Shown here: positions 25,560 through 40,300 of the stretch, piece after piece | Layout of the letters: each line of letters opens with the position of its first letter | How positions within the stretch are numbered: the stretch's first letter is position 1 | Source: the human T2T-CHM13v2.0 reference genome, Homo sapiens | Direction: 5' to 3' (one strand) | NCBI RefSeq assembly: GCF_009914755.1 | Contig: NC_060929.1 | Length of the DNA: 64,000 nt | Position numbers and translations under genes: made by a program | Notes under the pieces: generated by a model | What the model was told of the DNA's origin: nothing | Seen by the model: the letters and a program-made list of their open reading frames with translations, nothing else | Database searches by the model: none

Positions 25560-27320
25560 CCCTGAGAGCGGGGCGGGGTGACAGTGTGGGCTGCCGCTGA
25601 TGGCCGCTGCGGAGCTTCATTTCTTATAAACACCGCCGTTGGGAGGAAAGAGAACTCAGCCCCCTGTCAGTCCCATGGGGCCCCGAGGCCGGGGGAGGCT
25701 CCTGGGCCAGGCCCAGCGGCCGCGACCTGGAGCGGGGCTTGATGGGATCAGCACTCTCCTCCCCCGCGCCAATGGGTGCTGCAGAACGGCCCACGCCCAC
25801 TGCCGTTCGCCCGGGGCGCCCCTGGCAGGCTTCTCGGTCTTTGTGGGGGCTGCAGCACCTCCACTTCACCGTGATGTGGAGTCCTTCGCCCCCAGGTGAC
25901 CCACGCTCCACAGCCCCGGCCAGAACTTGGTGGGGGACGCGGGGGGGGGGTGTTTGACGGGGAGGGGGCACAGTCCTTTCGGGCCAACTTCCACATTCCT
26001 GCTCCGCCCAGGCGGGGGGTGAGTCGGGGTGAGCAGCCGGCTCCAAGCTGGCCGGCTTCCTGGAAAGGGAGGGCCAGCAGGAGAACTGCAGATCCTCCCA
26101 GCCCTGGTGGCTGCCCGCCTCCTCCCTACCTATTCCTCCCCACCCCACTTCCACCCCTACCCCCAGCAAGCTGGCAGCCCCGCCCCTGCCAGGCGGCTCA
26201 CCTGCCCGCGACCAAGGCACTTCCTCCTCCTTCCCCGCCCAGCCTCTTGCTATAGGCCATGGGTTTGCAGCCGGGTCAGCAGCTACAGGCTGTGTGACCT
26301 CAGGCAAGTTACTAAACTTCTCTGTGCCCATTATCTCACCCTGCGAGATGGAGCTAGCAACAATCGGGGTGCAGAGCTTTCCGCGAACACCTCTGCACTT
26401 CCCTGCTCCCCCCCCACCTTCCCCTTCCGCTCGGTTTCGCAGGGACATAGGGGATGCACAGAAAAGGCGCCCGCTTGTAAATTGCCGCAGGGGAAGGCCG
26501 CGTTGCGTCCCTTGCCGGGGCACTGCCATCCGTTGCAGCCTGAGACTTGGGATAGACCTGCGGCTCTCCCGTTGGAGGCGCGGGTGGTGCTGAGCGGCTG
26601 GACGGATGCTGCCCGCCGGGGTTCGGCGCGCAGGCACTCAGATGGCTCCCACCTCCGCCTGGGCCTTGCAGCTGGCGGTGGGGCGGGGCGCAGGGGCCGG
26701 GTAGGGGAGGGCTTGGGTCCGGCCATCCAGTGGGGGTCAGCCCCATCGCCGGGTTCCGCGGGGCCGCGCCGAAGGGGCGGAGCCTGGGTTTCGGTTTCTT
26801 GCAAACGCGGCGGCAACAGGGAAATCGAGGAGTTTCCGGGAACCGAACCACGCTGGGAGCGCTGAGGTCTGCGCAGCGGCGGGGGCCGGGGGACGGGCGG
26901 GCGTCCAGTGTTACCGGCCAGTGGCCAGCTGGAAGTTCCAGCGGGAGCCGGGGAAAACCGGCCCCGGAAAAGCCCCACCTGAATGCACCTGCCCAGGCCT
27001 CTCCGGATGGTGTTCATGCTGAGGGTGGGGGTGTGAAGGATGGACCTGCCTGCAGGGTGGCCTTTAGGGAATGAGGGAGGAGTTCTACAAGCTAAGGGGT
27101 TTGAGGGTGTGCACGCGGGGAAAGAGGGGACTGTGCGCAGGCAGGTGGGATCTGAGGAATTGGGATATCCCCTCAAATGACTGAGGTCCCCAGCTGTCCC
27201 CTCACTGTCACATCCCATCTTATTGTCCTTATACGATGAGGTCTCCTTACTGAGATCATATCCGTAGTGTCCTCTTTTGCTTATTTGTTGGAGGATTTCC
27301 CCGAACATGACTTGGAGCCC
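25560..27320. promoter_or_regulatory. Upstream (~-5 to -7 kb) CpG island, putative IFN/NF-kB enhancer
   Basis: GAS TTCCTGGAA 26057-26065, TTCCGCGAA 26379-26387, TTCCGGGAA 26834-26842, TTCCCCGAA 27297-27305; ISRE AGAAACCGAAAC (minus, 26788-26799); kB-like sites at 26966-26976 and 27162-27171. Confidence 0.75.
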
Positions 27321-28712
27321 TTGAGAGTGAGCCCTGACTGTCTGGTCTAGTCTCCTGGATCTAGAACCCACCAACCTCCACGGGGGGCTTGTGACTGTTT
27401 ACTAAGTGAGAAAAGGAGTAGGGTGAGTTCGAGGCATCTGTGAGGTCCATATGCCTTCTGACCTGCTCCCCCACAGGACCCCTAGCCCACTCAGGTCCTG
27501 CCATGTCCCCAGTTGAAGGAAGCCCCACTCTGCAGAAGATGCCTTGGCTTTTGTGGGAGGGGCTTCCCTTGTAGTTCCCTGAGAACTGCCTTCCAGCTGG
27601 GATGGCTGGGCAGAAGGCGGACTGTAGTCATCACAGAGGAATGCTGGCCGTGGGGTCAGCCACTTCCTTCCCTCCCCAGGGCTTGGAGCTCAGGCCAGGG
27701 ATTATGGTGGGTTGGCCCTGGATCTGAGACAAGAAGGCTGGGAGTTTGGGTGGCAGAGGGAGAGTCCAGTACCCTCCCTGATCTCTGCAGCCCACAGCAG
27801 TACCTGGGGTCAAGGTGGACAGTGTCACTGGCAAGCCCATGTTTCCTAAATGCATGCCTTTGAGACCACAAGTCTATGGTAAGGATCTCTTTCCTTATGG
27901 CCCTGAGACCATGGCTCTTGGAAAGACATAAATCAGACTAAATGGAGCTCCCTCAGCCCAGAAGAGCTGGGGCTGGGGCAGGTATCAGTGGTGGCTATTC
28001 TGGAAGCAGCCAGCTAGCCAGTGGAAGGAGAGGCAGCAAGACCTCCCTAGCATCCCTGTATGGGCCAACACTGACTTTCACCAGCCCAGGCTTAGGATCA
28101 GGGTGGCTGGCCTGGGAGAGGGCCAGGGAAAGTCCAAATACTGCAAGAGTGGAGCTTGTGCCATGAGCGCCTGGCAACCCTGGTGACTCAACCTGGGAAT
28201 CCCAACTCCAGGGGCAGCCCTGGAAATGAGGCTCAGGACAGTGAAGGAGTGCCACGGAGGGGCCCACCAACCGTGGCAGCTTTTAGTGAGGCCACAGATC
28301 AAATAGGTTGTTGTCCCTTCTTTCTCCTGTGGCCCAGGGTTAGAAACAGTGATGCTGGTCCTCTGCCCGGTCCAAATAGTATTTTTGATCCAGGGAATCC
28401 AACTCTAATCCTAGCCCATAAATTTGACCTGGCAGAGGACCTGGTCCTCAGAATGTCTGTGTTGGGCTCCATTTGATGTTACATCTTAGAAATGGTAGAT
28501 GTAGCTCAAGCTAATAAATACCCACAGGAATGTGTCTTTGTGGTCTGGACTCAGCAAATGCTGAGTTATTGGTATATTTATGGAAGGAAAGCAGGGCAGA
28601 GACAGGAGAACAGGTGTCCCTGTGGGTGCTCGGCCCTGTTCACTGTTGTAGCCTCAGGAGCCAGCCTCAGCTGAGCAGAGAGCAGGTGCCCCATGAACCA
28701 GTGTGACATGGT

Positions 28713-28750
28713 TGGATGGATGGATGGATGGATGGATGGATGGATGGACG
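28713..28750. repeat. (GGAT)n tetranucleotide repeat
   Basis: GGATGGATGGAT... run with a degenerate extension. Confidence 0.9.
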
Positions 28751-31700
28751 AACAGACAGATGGATAGATAGGAATATGGATGGTGGATTCAGATGGCCTC
28801 AGCAGCATGCACATTTTCCCCACGATGGTCTTTGCAATAAGACAATTTCCACAGAAACTGGTGGGTGCCCCAGAAGGAGGGGAGGAAGAATGTGGCTTCT
28901 CCAAGCAGCGCTGTGGTTGTTTCTGCCAGGTTCTATCTCTCCAAGGGGACCTCTGCTCCCTTTCCCATAGCCCTGTTGACATGTGTGGCCCCTCAAAGTC
29001 CTGCAGAGACTGGGAGCCTAGTGGCAAGGGCCACCCAGACACAGAACAGGGGAAAGGAGCTGTTAACATTAGCTGGCTGTTCCATTCCTCTCCTGGAAAG
29101 TAGGTCCACAAAGAAATTTAGGTAGGACCTCAGCCAGGTGTGAAAGATTCCAGTTTTTTTCTCTGCATGAGTAAGTCCTTGGGAAAGCATCTGTTGACCA
29201 ATTGACTGATTGACTGGCAAGAGGAGCAAAGGGTCAGCAGAGACCCACCTGCCTGGATGGTGTGGGAGAAAGCATGACCGCCCTCCACCTTGACAGGTGA
29301 CAAACCACAGTGAATGTGTCACCACATCAGATAGCCAGCATGAATTGCTGCACTGGGAGTGTTTAAAGGTCTGGGTGCATAATTGGGAGCAAAATGGACA
29401 AGGGTATGCTGGGAGCTCTAAGCCAGGAGGCCTCTGGTGGCTAGTCACCTCCAGGAAGCAAAAGCCGTTATTTCTTCCTTGAGAATCCCCGTGAATATTG
29501 GAGAGGGCTTCTCACAGCCCCATGGGCTGGGGCATGAGTGTGTTATGCTTTGCTTTTAGTGGAGGAGGTGACTCCAGAAGGCTAAAGATTTAGGGACAGC
29601 TGATGGTCCTGGAATGCTTCTCAGCCTTGGGCCTACGCTGGGCCCTGTGAGGGGACTTAGAAGTAAGCACCGTGGTCTCCACTACTAACCTGCATGTGAG
29701 CTCTCCAAGGACAGAGGATGCTCAGAACCACCCCCACACCCCCACTCTGGCACCCAGCACATTGCTCTCAGGCAGTAGGCACTTAGTAAGTGTGCTCTGA
29801 TTGCAGTGCCAGACGTATGTCATACCTCGAGTAAGAGGCAAAGAGGCAGAGATGCTGGGAGTATGGAGACGGAGCAGGTTATCTCAGTCATTGTTCACAG
29901 ATGGCTACTCTGAGGAGGGGACAGTTCAGCAAAGCCTCAAAGGATGAGTCAAAGGTTAATAGGCTAATAGTAGGGGAGGGCATTCCAGAATGTGAAAACA
30001 GCCCAAGGAAAGGCTTGGCAGCTCAGAAGTGCAGAACGGATCTCGCTTTTGGTGTGGCCTGGAGTAGCTGCCCCAGAAGCTGAGGCTGGACCAACCAGTA
30101 GGGGCCACACTCTGAAGAGCCTGGATGCTGTGCTCAAGAGTGGACTCTATCCTGGTAGACAGAGGCCGCTCAGGGCTGGACTGATGTTGCCTTCCTTTCT
30201 GGAGCCAAGGCCCAGACCAGGGTCTATCATCAGGTGTCTGTTGAATTAAATGCTAGGGCAGGTCTTGTGAGGGCCACTGGTGGCCTGACCTATGCTTTAG
30301 AAAACTTTCTGTGGCTGCTACAGAGGATTACGCCTGTGGCACACCAGGGCAAGACTAGGGTGAGATAGTTTCCTAAAGGCACAACATTTAAGGAGGTACT
30401 CGCTCTCAGGGGCCAACCCTATACTTGGGTGAGTCTGACGGTGAGTAGCTCCTTAAAGGTTTCACCCTAAGCACCTGCCCTGCCTGCTTGCTCCACCCTA
30501 TCTGGTCCCTTCTGCACACTGGAGGCTGGGAGGTAGACTAGAGGCAGCTCAAGTGATCCAGGCATATTAGGGCTGTGGCCACAGGGGATAGAGATAGGCC
30601 TAGTTGAGAGCAGAATCAGATGACAGGATTTGCCAGGACATGAGACTGGCTGGAGCAGGACCCATCCCCCCTCCCTGGGTGCCCCATTCTGGGAGAAGTG
30701 TAGGAGACCCCCCACTCTGCCTAGGAGTCTATATGTCCACAGCCAGGGCCAAAACAAGATCTTAGGCCTTGGCTTCTGTCCTAGGTTATGAGTCTAGGGA
30801 ACCAAGGACACTAAGCTAAAGAGAGTAGGGCAGCAGGTGAAAAAGCCACAGGCTGCCCCAGGAAGGCCCAGGCCACTGGAGACCACAGCTAGAACCTACA
30901 ACCATGTCCCGAGACTGCTCGGCCTTGCCCTTTGGATGCTTGGGCACAGCAGGAAGGAAGTGATAAGGGTGCCTCCACTGCTGGATGGGGCGTGTCTGTC
31001 AGTCCATCTTCCCCCCGCTGTCTGCCCAGCAAGACCAGGGGCCACCCCCAGGTGCTCCCCAGGGGATTAGCAGCTTGGTTCCCCAGCCCACACCCCTAGA
31101 AGCTCTGACCCTATGGCAACAGCACCCCCTGCTGGCTAATATGGAAAACCAACCCCTTTCCCTCCTCTAGCAGGCGGAAGTTTAGGGGTCTTGGAGAAAG
31201 AGAAGGGTGCAGGCACAATGCTGCGGGAAAGGGTGGGGGCAGGAATTCAGGATGGACTTTGGCTATGGCAGATAAGCAGGTGCCACCTGGTAAACAGAGC
31301 ACCTATTTCCTGATCAGTAGCCTTTGAACAGATGCCAGAGAGGCCAGGACACAAGCAAAGGCAGAAATGGGGGTTTCTAAGGTAACTGCTGAGCGAGGCT
31401 GGCTCTCGTGGGAGTCCCTGCCTTCTCCTACAGCATCATGGCCCAGGAAGGCCTGCATCCTCTGTTGAGCACTGTTCTCCTCAGGTGGGCTCAGGAACTC
31501 CCTCAGATTCCCCCTGAGCAAGCCACCTGGCCCCACAGAGGATTTGGCCTAGGACTGAAGGCTGAGAGCTAGGCCTGAGACAGGGTAGTGCCCCAGGCAC
31601 CCCAAAAAGAGGATTTGTCCCTAAAATTCCTCCCGCAACTATCCAAGGCTAGGAATAGAGGCAGGGACACATCAGCAGAACAAAATCTCAGAGCGTCCCT

Positions 31701-33820
31701 GAGCAGCTGCCTGGCTCTTCAGATGCAAACCTGGTTAGACACACACTTCTCCTGAGCTCTAGGCCCATGGCTCAGGCACAAGGACCACCTCGGAGTGCTG
31801 GATGAGGTGCCCAGTGGACAGAGGAGTGAGAGGACCCAGTGTATGCCACTTTGACCCTTCAGCTGTGAGCCAGGAAGTCCAGGCAGACACAGCCACAAGC
31901 AGGGCCATGCCCTGGGCAGCCACTTCCCAGAAAAGTTTCTGCCGCAAAACAGAGAGAGTGGCCTTCCCTGCCCTGCATGACCCTGGCACCTGGAGTCCTC
32001 ACCTCAGATAAGAAGCCAGTAGTTCTAGGAGTTTACTTACATCATGGCTCTTGATTACAGTGAAGACCGGGGCCTTGCCCTACCCCAGGGAAACTTCTCT
32101 CCCGGGCCAATGGTGTGGATGGCTGCTGTTCTCTTATGACTCAGTGTGGGCCTGGTGCTCAGGAGAGCTGCTCCTTCCCATGCCCTGGATGTGAGCTCAG
32201 CAGCCATCTTGATTCACCAGGACAATGTGAGCTCCACACACCACCCTCAGACCCTCACCTACCGGGCTCTCAGGGAGAGATGAGGCCTCCCGGAGAGTCC
32301 ACAAAGAGAAAAAAGCGGCTTGGCTGCCAAAACTGCCCACGCACCCCAGATGCCATGCTCAGCTAGCAGCCCTGGTGCCACACAGCCTGAGAGCAGGTGG
32401 GAGCCATAGATGCAACAAGCTGTCATCAGGCATGGGAGGGCTGGGCTGCCATGCTGAGGCTGGTGGGGTGGGAAAATCAACTTGCAGCCACCAGGAAGTA
32501 CAGGAGCAGAGTAAACAACAGTTGAGGTCAAAAGGGTCCAATTTCCTTGGACAAGCAGGCCTCAAGAAGGCCTCTGAGCTGCACTGCCAACTGTATTGTA
32601 TTCTTGTGTGTGTTCTGTGTGAACCTAACACCCCCGGCGGCCAAGGGAAGCCCCTTGGCCCTCCCTTGGGTGGCAGCCAACACTAGGACCAGAGAAGTGG
32701 CAGTTGTGTCATAAAGTTCCCAAGACACTTCTGGAGGAATCAATCTTCTTTTTTAGTCTTCTCTGCTCATTTTTTCTTGTCATTTTCCTGTATGTATATC
32801 TTTTCCCTCTCTCTTCTAGCCCAGAAATGCTTATTGACCACTGGTGGCCTATTGGGAGTGGATTACTTGACACATTCACATTTACTCTGTGCCCAGATGC
32901 TAGGCACAGAAGTAGGTGCTATGGGCACAGGCATTCGACAAGAATTTATTGAGCCCATACTATGTGCCAGACATGGCTCTAGACCCTAAGGATATAGAAA
33001 TGAATAAGGCAACACCCCTGCTCTTATGAAACTCATATACCGGTGGAGGCAGACAACACACAAATAAACAAGGAAAGTGTCACATCGTGATAATTATTCT
33101 GAGAAATAAAATAGCATGATATCATACAGAGTACAGAGGTGGTCACATTAGATTTGGCACTCTAGGACTGTCTATCTGAGGAGGTGACATTTTAGTTCTC
33201 TAAGTGACAGAAGGGGTGACAATGTGCAGAACAAGGGGAAGCGCATTCCAGGCAGAGGGAATAGCTAGTGCCAAGGCCTTGGGAAAAGAACAAGCTCAGT
33301 CTGTTTGCAGGAAAAGATTGGTGTGGCTGCAGCATGGTGGGCAAGGAGGTGAATGATAGACGATGAATGATAGAACATGCAGCTCATAAGGTAGGAAGGG
33401 GTCAGATAAGGTGGGCATTTGGGGCCTCTGATCAGGGGCTTGGGCCTTATGCACAGGGTGAAATGGGCCAGTGTGCATTTTACTTATTTTTAAACTTTTA
33501 AGTTTTCTGTTTTTCATTTTTTTAGATGGAAAAATGTTGTCCAGGCTGGTCTCGAACTCTTGAGCTCAAGCATTTATCCTGCCTCAGCCTCCTGAGTAGT
33601 TGGGATTACAGGTGCTCATCACTGTGCCTGGCTCAGTGTGCATTTTAGAAAGCTCACTGGCTGCTGTTTGCAGACTGGGCTGCAGTGGGACAAGTGTGGA
33701 AATAAGGAGACCACTGGGGAGACTGGAGTAGGAGGGATGAACTAGAGTGGTGGTGGTGGCAATGATGAGAATGGGGAATGAACCCAGGCAGAGTATAGAG
33801 GGGAGGACACACAGAGATGA

Positions 33821-34237
<417 letters not shown>

Positions 34238-34489
34238 CTTGACAACCAAATTTTTTAATGGACAGAAGATTTGAACGAATTTTTCGCCAAAAAAGGATAC
34301 GCAAATAGTAAATACACATATGTAAAGATGCTCAACATCATTAGTCATTAGGGACATGCAAGTTAAAACCACGATGAAATGCCACTACACATCTACCTGG
34401 ATGGCTAAAATGAAAAAGACTAACTGTGCCAAGTGTTGGCAATGACGTGGAACAACTGGGATGTTCCTAAACTGCTGGTGGGAATGTAA

Positions 34490-34642
<153 letters not shown>

Positions 34643-34658
34643 TAAAATAATACAACTA

Positions 34659-35004
34659 CAGTCACGTGCTGCATAATGATTTTTGGTCAAGGACAGACTG
34701 CATATACGACAATGATCTCATGAGATTACAATACTGTATCTTTACTGTGCCTTTTCTGTGTTTAGATATGCTTAGATACACAAATATTTACCCTTGTGTG
34801 GCAGTCGCCTACAGTGCTCAGCAGAGTTACTTGCTGTACAGGCTTGTACCCTAGGAGCAATAGGCTATACCACATAGCCTAGGTGTTTGGTAGGTTATAC
34901 CATCTAGGTTTGTGTAAGTACACTCTATGATATTCACACAAGGACAAAATTACCTAATGAAGCACTTCTCAGACTGTATCCTTGTTACTAAGCAATACAT
35001 GATT
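34659..35004. mobile_element. Tigger3a/MER7A-like DNA transposon
   Basis: TA|CAGTCACGTGCTGCATAATGAT start and the internal CCTAGGAGCAATAGGCTATACCACATAGCCTAGGTG hallmark; ~345 bp. Confidence 0.8.
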
Positions 35005-35729
35005 ACATTGGAAAGCAATTTGGCAGTTTTTTAAATAGCTAAATATATGCCTATCATACAGCCTAGCCATTCAATTCCAGGTATTTATCCACAATAAAGG
35101 AAAGTGTGTGCTCACACAAAGATTTGGATATGAATGCTTACAGCAGCTTAATTTGTAATAGCCAAAACCTGGAAACAACAAAAATGACCATCCACAAGAC
35201 AGTGAATAAATAGCTTATGGTATCTACGCAGTGGATTACCACCAGGTTCCAGGTTTAGGTAAGATAAAGTAAACATACTCCACCCTGTCTCTTCCACTAA
35301 GTGAAGCAATAGAACCTGTACAGAATGTATGAAGGACTCTGAAGAGTAAATAGCAGCAGATGAATTAGGAAAGAAAAGTCAGAATTTGGAGTACCACGGA
35401 ATTGGAGGAGTTTCCCATTTTTCCCTCTAGTACTCCCTGGGCTAGACTCGAAACAGCCTGAAACCTGGAAGTGAGCAGCAGGCACAGACAGTGGGAATCC
35501 CAGAGCCCTCTAGTTCTGCTTTGAGGAGTGGGGAGGGAACTCCTAATGCTCAGAAAGAGTGAGAAAATAACCACCCCCACGCCACCTTTTTTTCTTTTCT
35601 CCATTCTCTCATGCCTCAGACCTCTGGCATTCTTGTTGCAATGGCATGAGAGGACTAAAGGCACCTAAAATTCTAAGGGAGAGAAAACTGTCTGTTGGAC
35701 AAGCCCCAAGAGGGTCTCCCTCCTTCCCC

Positions 35730-35730
<1 letters not shown>

Positions 35731-35776
<46 letters not shown>
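35731..35776. repeat. (TC)n microsatellite
   Basis: Direct reading. Confidence 0.9.
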
Positions 35777-35779
<3 letters not shown>

Positions 35780-36522
35780 ATCTCTCTCCTTTTGCCAGTT
35801 GACCCTAGCTGAGGGCACAGTCGCAGGAAGTACACAGCAGAGCAAGGTAGCTAAAACTCCAGATTTCTGGCCAGAGGACCAAAAGGAGGAGACCCAGGGA
35901 ATCAGAAAGTACCAGGGAGATCATGGAAAGGGAGGAATGCTGGAAACTGAACCCACAAAGTTGTTTATGAATTCCTGGGCTCAACTCCAAACTGAGCTTG
36001 CATGGATCTAGCATACCAAAGACTTGAGAACTGAACCTAAGGATAAACACCACCCTTTTCTCAAGCTGACCACTGGAGGGTGCACACACAGGACAGATCT
36101 AAACAGCACTATAAAGGCTTTGAAAATGGAACAAACATTGAAACTACAATCCACAGAAGGCTGGTCGGAACTTGTGGCCCAAATGCAGCTGCATTGATTG
36201 CCTGCTAAAATATAAACATTAACACTCTCCACAATGTTCAAATAATACCCAGAATCTCATAAAATTTAAAATGTCCAGGATACAAAACCAAAGTATGATG
36301 TTCCTGGCCTATGATAGGAAAAATCTCATTTTGCATGGGAAAAGACAATCAAAAGAGACCAATGATGAGATGTTGGAATTAAGTAACAAAGACTTTAAAG
36401 TACTAATATGAAAATGCTCCAAGTAAACCCTCTTGGAATGAATGGAAGATGGACAGTCTCAGCAAAGAAATAGGAGATATAAAGAATAGGGAAGTAAAAG
36501 TTTTGGAACTTAAAAATATAAG

Positions 36523-36803
36523 GGCCAGGCATAGTAGTTCATGCTATAATCCCAACACTTTGAGAGGCCAAGGCAGGAGGATAACTTGAGCCCAAGAGTT
36601 CGAAGCTAGCCTGGGCCACAAAGTGAGACCCCGTCTCTAAAAAAAATAATAATAAGTTAGGTGTGTTGGCATGAACCTGTGGTCCTAGCTACTTGGAAGG
36701 CTGAGATGGGAGGATAGCTCAAACCTGGGAGTTCGAGGCTGCAGTGAGTCGTGATCACACCACTGCACTACAGCCTGAGTGACAAAGCAAGACCCCGTCT
36801 CAA

Positions 36804-36840
<37 letters not shown>
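36523..36840 (+). mobile_element. Alu (AluJ-like) with (AAAT)n tail
   Basis: Diverged Alu; TSD AAAATATAAG. Confidence 0.9.
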
Positions 36841-36842
<2 letters not shown>

Positions 36843-37151
36843 AATATAAGAACCAAAATTTCAGTGCTCACTAGGTAACTCAAGAGCAGAATATAAATGA
36901 GAGGAAAGAGGAAGCCAGTAACTGGAAGACAGACCAACAGAAATTATCCAAACAGAAAAACAGTGAGAAAAAGATTTTTAAAAAGTGAATAGAACCTCAG
37001 AGACTAGTGAGACAATACCAAAGGTCTAATATTTATGTCATTAGAGTTCCAGAAGGAAAGAAGAAATAGTGCAGTGAAGATAAAAATGTTTGAGGAAATA
37101 TTGACTAAAAACATCTTCAATTTGGAAAAGGACATAAAACTGAAGAATATA

Positions 37152-37156
<5 letters not shown>

Positions 37157-37199
<43 letters not shown>

Positions 37200-37200
37200 T
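37157..37200. repeat. (TA)n(CA)n microsatellite
   Basis: Direct reading. Confidence 0.9.
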
Positions 37201-38117
37201 ACATACATATAAGCATACATGTACCATTGCTAGAGAAAAATGACACATCACACATAGGAGAACAATTCAAATGACTTCAGCTTCCTCATGAGGAGAGAAG
37301 GAAATCTCATCGTAGAGACCAGTAGGAAGTGGAATCACATCTTTAAAATGAAGAAAAAGAACCATCAACCCACCATTCTCTTCACAATTTCAAGAATACT
37401 CAATGAAAATATGCTTCAGGAGTGAGAGTGAAATAAAGACGTTTTCAGATGAAGGAAAACTAAGAGAGTTCTTTGACAACAGACCCGTCCTAAAATAATT
37501 GCTACAAGAAGTTTTTCAGACAGATGAGAAATGATACCAGAAGTTAACTTGGAATATCAGGAATGAAAAAAAGACCAACAGAAATGGTAAAGATCTGAGG
37601 TAATGCAACATTCTGTGCTGCTCTTGAGTTCTTTAAAATACGTTTTATGGTTAAAACAAAAATTATAACATTTTTTGATGGTGTTTTCAATGTTATATGT
37701 AGATAGCACATAAGACAACTACAACATAAAGAGGGTAGAATAAAAGAAACTAAAGTTTTACATTACACTTAAAATGGTAAAATATTGATTCTAAGTAGAC
37801 CATGAAAAGGTAAAGACGTATATTGTAATCCCTGGAGCAACCACTAAAAACAAAAACAAAAACAAACAGAACTATACAAGCAGATAAAGTTAAAAACACA
37901 ATAAATGTCCTTAAAATGGTAGACACAAATCCAACCATATCAGTAATTCCATTAAATGTAAATGATCTAAGAATGGTATCAGCAAAAATGGAATAGAGAA
38001 CTCCAAAACTCCTTTTTCCATAAAAAACAGTGAAAAAAACTGGCAAAATCAACTTTATTAGAACTCTGGAGACTAATAAAAAGTTTAATAAATAAAATAA
38101 ATTCTTTTTTTTAATAA

Positions 38118-38552
<435 letters not shown>

Positions 38553-40300
38553 TGATATAGGTTCTTAGTGTTCGAGGGAGCAGAATGGAACTTACTCTCA
38601 AAGGATTGTGGTTGCCTGTTTTGACCTGTCTGTTGGTTCCCTGAAGGATGAGCACAAAAGATTTACTTTAATTTCACCTAACTTAGAATTCTCCCAGGGC
38701 TGAAGCAGCTACCTGGGGCATTTGGAAAAACAAACAAACCACACACACATGCACAGAGTTAAAAACAAATGCATTCACTAATGGTAACAGTTAGGGAAAT
38801 AATAGACAAACCAAAAGCTTAAGAAAAAAGGCTGGAGAAGGAAACACTTTAAGAAATAAGGGCTTTAAAAAGCTTTCTGGATATCTAAGAAGGTCACACA
38901 TATGCTCAGAAAATATCCTAGAAGACTCTACACTCTCACCTCTGACTGACCTCCAGACTCTGCAAGCAGAAAAGGAAGGTTAAGGCAGAGTTGTAAACAG
39001 CCTGGCTAAGTGTTAAAAGCCACACCTCAAAACACATACAGAGCTCATCTGAAGATATTGGGAATTTTTTTTTTATGTTGTTCTAGGTATAAAGGAAATT
39101 TCAGTCATCACTAGCCAACCACTAGTGGAAAAGTTTAATGGAAAAGTCTTTTCAGTGGCCACACGTGACAAAGAATACAGACTTTAAAAAATTAGTTCAG
39201 AAAGGTCACTAAGTAAACAACAACAACAACAACAACAAACAAAAACAACTAGCAAACAATGACAACAAACCTGAAAGGGGAGCAGAATGTGATTTCCAGA
39301 GTTGTCACATTATAACAGTAAAAATGTCCAGTTTTCAACAAAAAAAATTACATGCCATGAAAAGACAGAAAAAAGTATGGTTCATACGCAGCAAAAATAA
39401 TTAATAGAAACTGTCCTTGAGGAAGCTCAGGAATTGAATTTAATAGATTAAGATTTTAAATCAAGTATTTTTAAATGTACTGAAAGAGCTAAAAGAAACC
39501 ATATGCAAAGAACTAAAGGAAAGCATGAAAACAGTGTCTCGCCTAATAGCAGATTTCAGTAAAAGAATAGAAATTATAAAAAAGGACTTAGAAATTTTGA
39601 GTTAAGAAGTAAAATAAGTGAAATGAACAATGCACTAGAAGGGGTCAACAGCTATGTGAGTAGGCAAAGAATGAATCAGTGAATTTGAAGACAGGTCAAT
39701 TGAGATTACCCAGTCTGAGGGACAGAAAAAAGAATGAAGAAAAACAAATAGAGCGTAAGTGGCCTGTGGAATACCACTGATGGTACCAACATATGCATAC
39801 CAGAAGACCCAGGGGGAGAGGAAAGAAAGAAAGGGGATGAAAGAATATTTGAAGAAATAATGGCTCAAAACTTCTCAAATTTGGTAAAAGTAAAGGATAT
39901 GAATTTACACATGCAAGAAGCTCAACAAACCCCAAGTAGGATAAACTCAGATATTCATATTGTGATACATTATAATCCAATGGTCAAGATAAATACAAAG
40001 AGAGAATCCTGAAAGCAGTCAGAGAGAAGTGATGAGTCATATACAAGGATACTTAATGTGATTAATGGCTAATTTCCCATCAGAAACCACAGAGGCCAAA
40101 AGGCAATATGATGACATATTCAAAGAGCTGAAAGAAAAACTGTCAACCAAGAATTCCATATGTGGCAAAACTATTCTTCAAACATGAAGGAGAAGTTAAG
40201 ACATTCCCAGATAAACAAAAACTAACAGAGTTCTTTGCTAGTATGCCTGTTGTACAAAAGTTGCTAAAGGGAGTCCTTCAGGCTGAAATGAAAGAACACT

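Noticed and set aside
25624-27374. Long overlapping ORFs (337, 278 and 347 aa) in the upstream CpG island
   Set aside because: Pro/Arg/Gly/Ala-rich, on both strands, with no recognisable domain; expected from stop-codon scarcity in GC-rich DNA.
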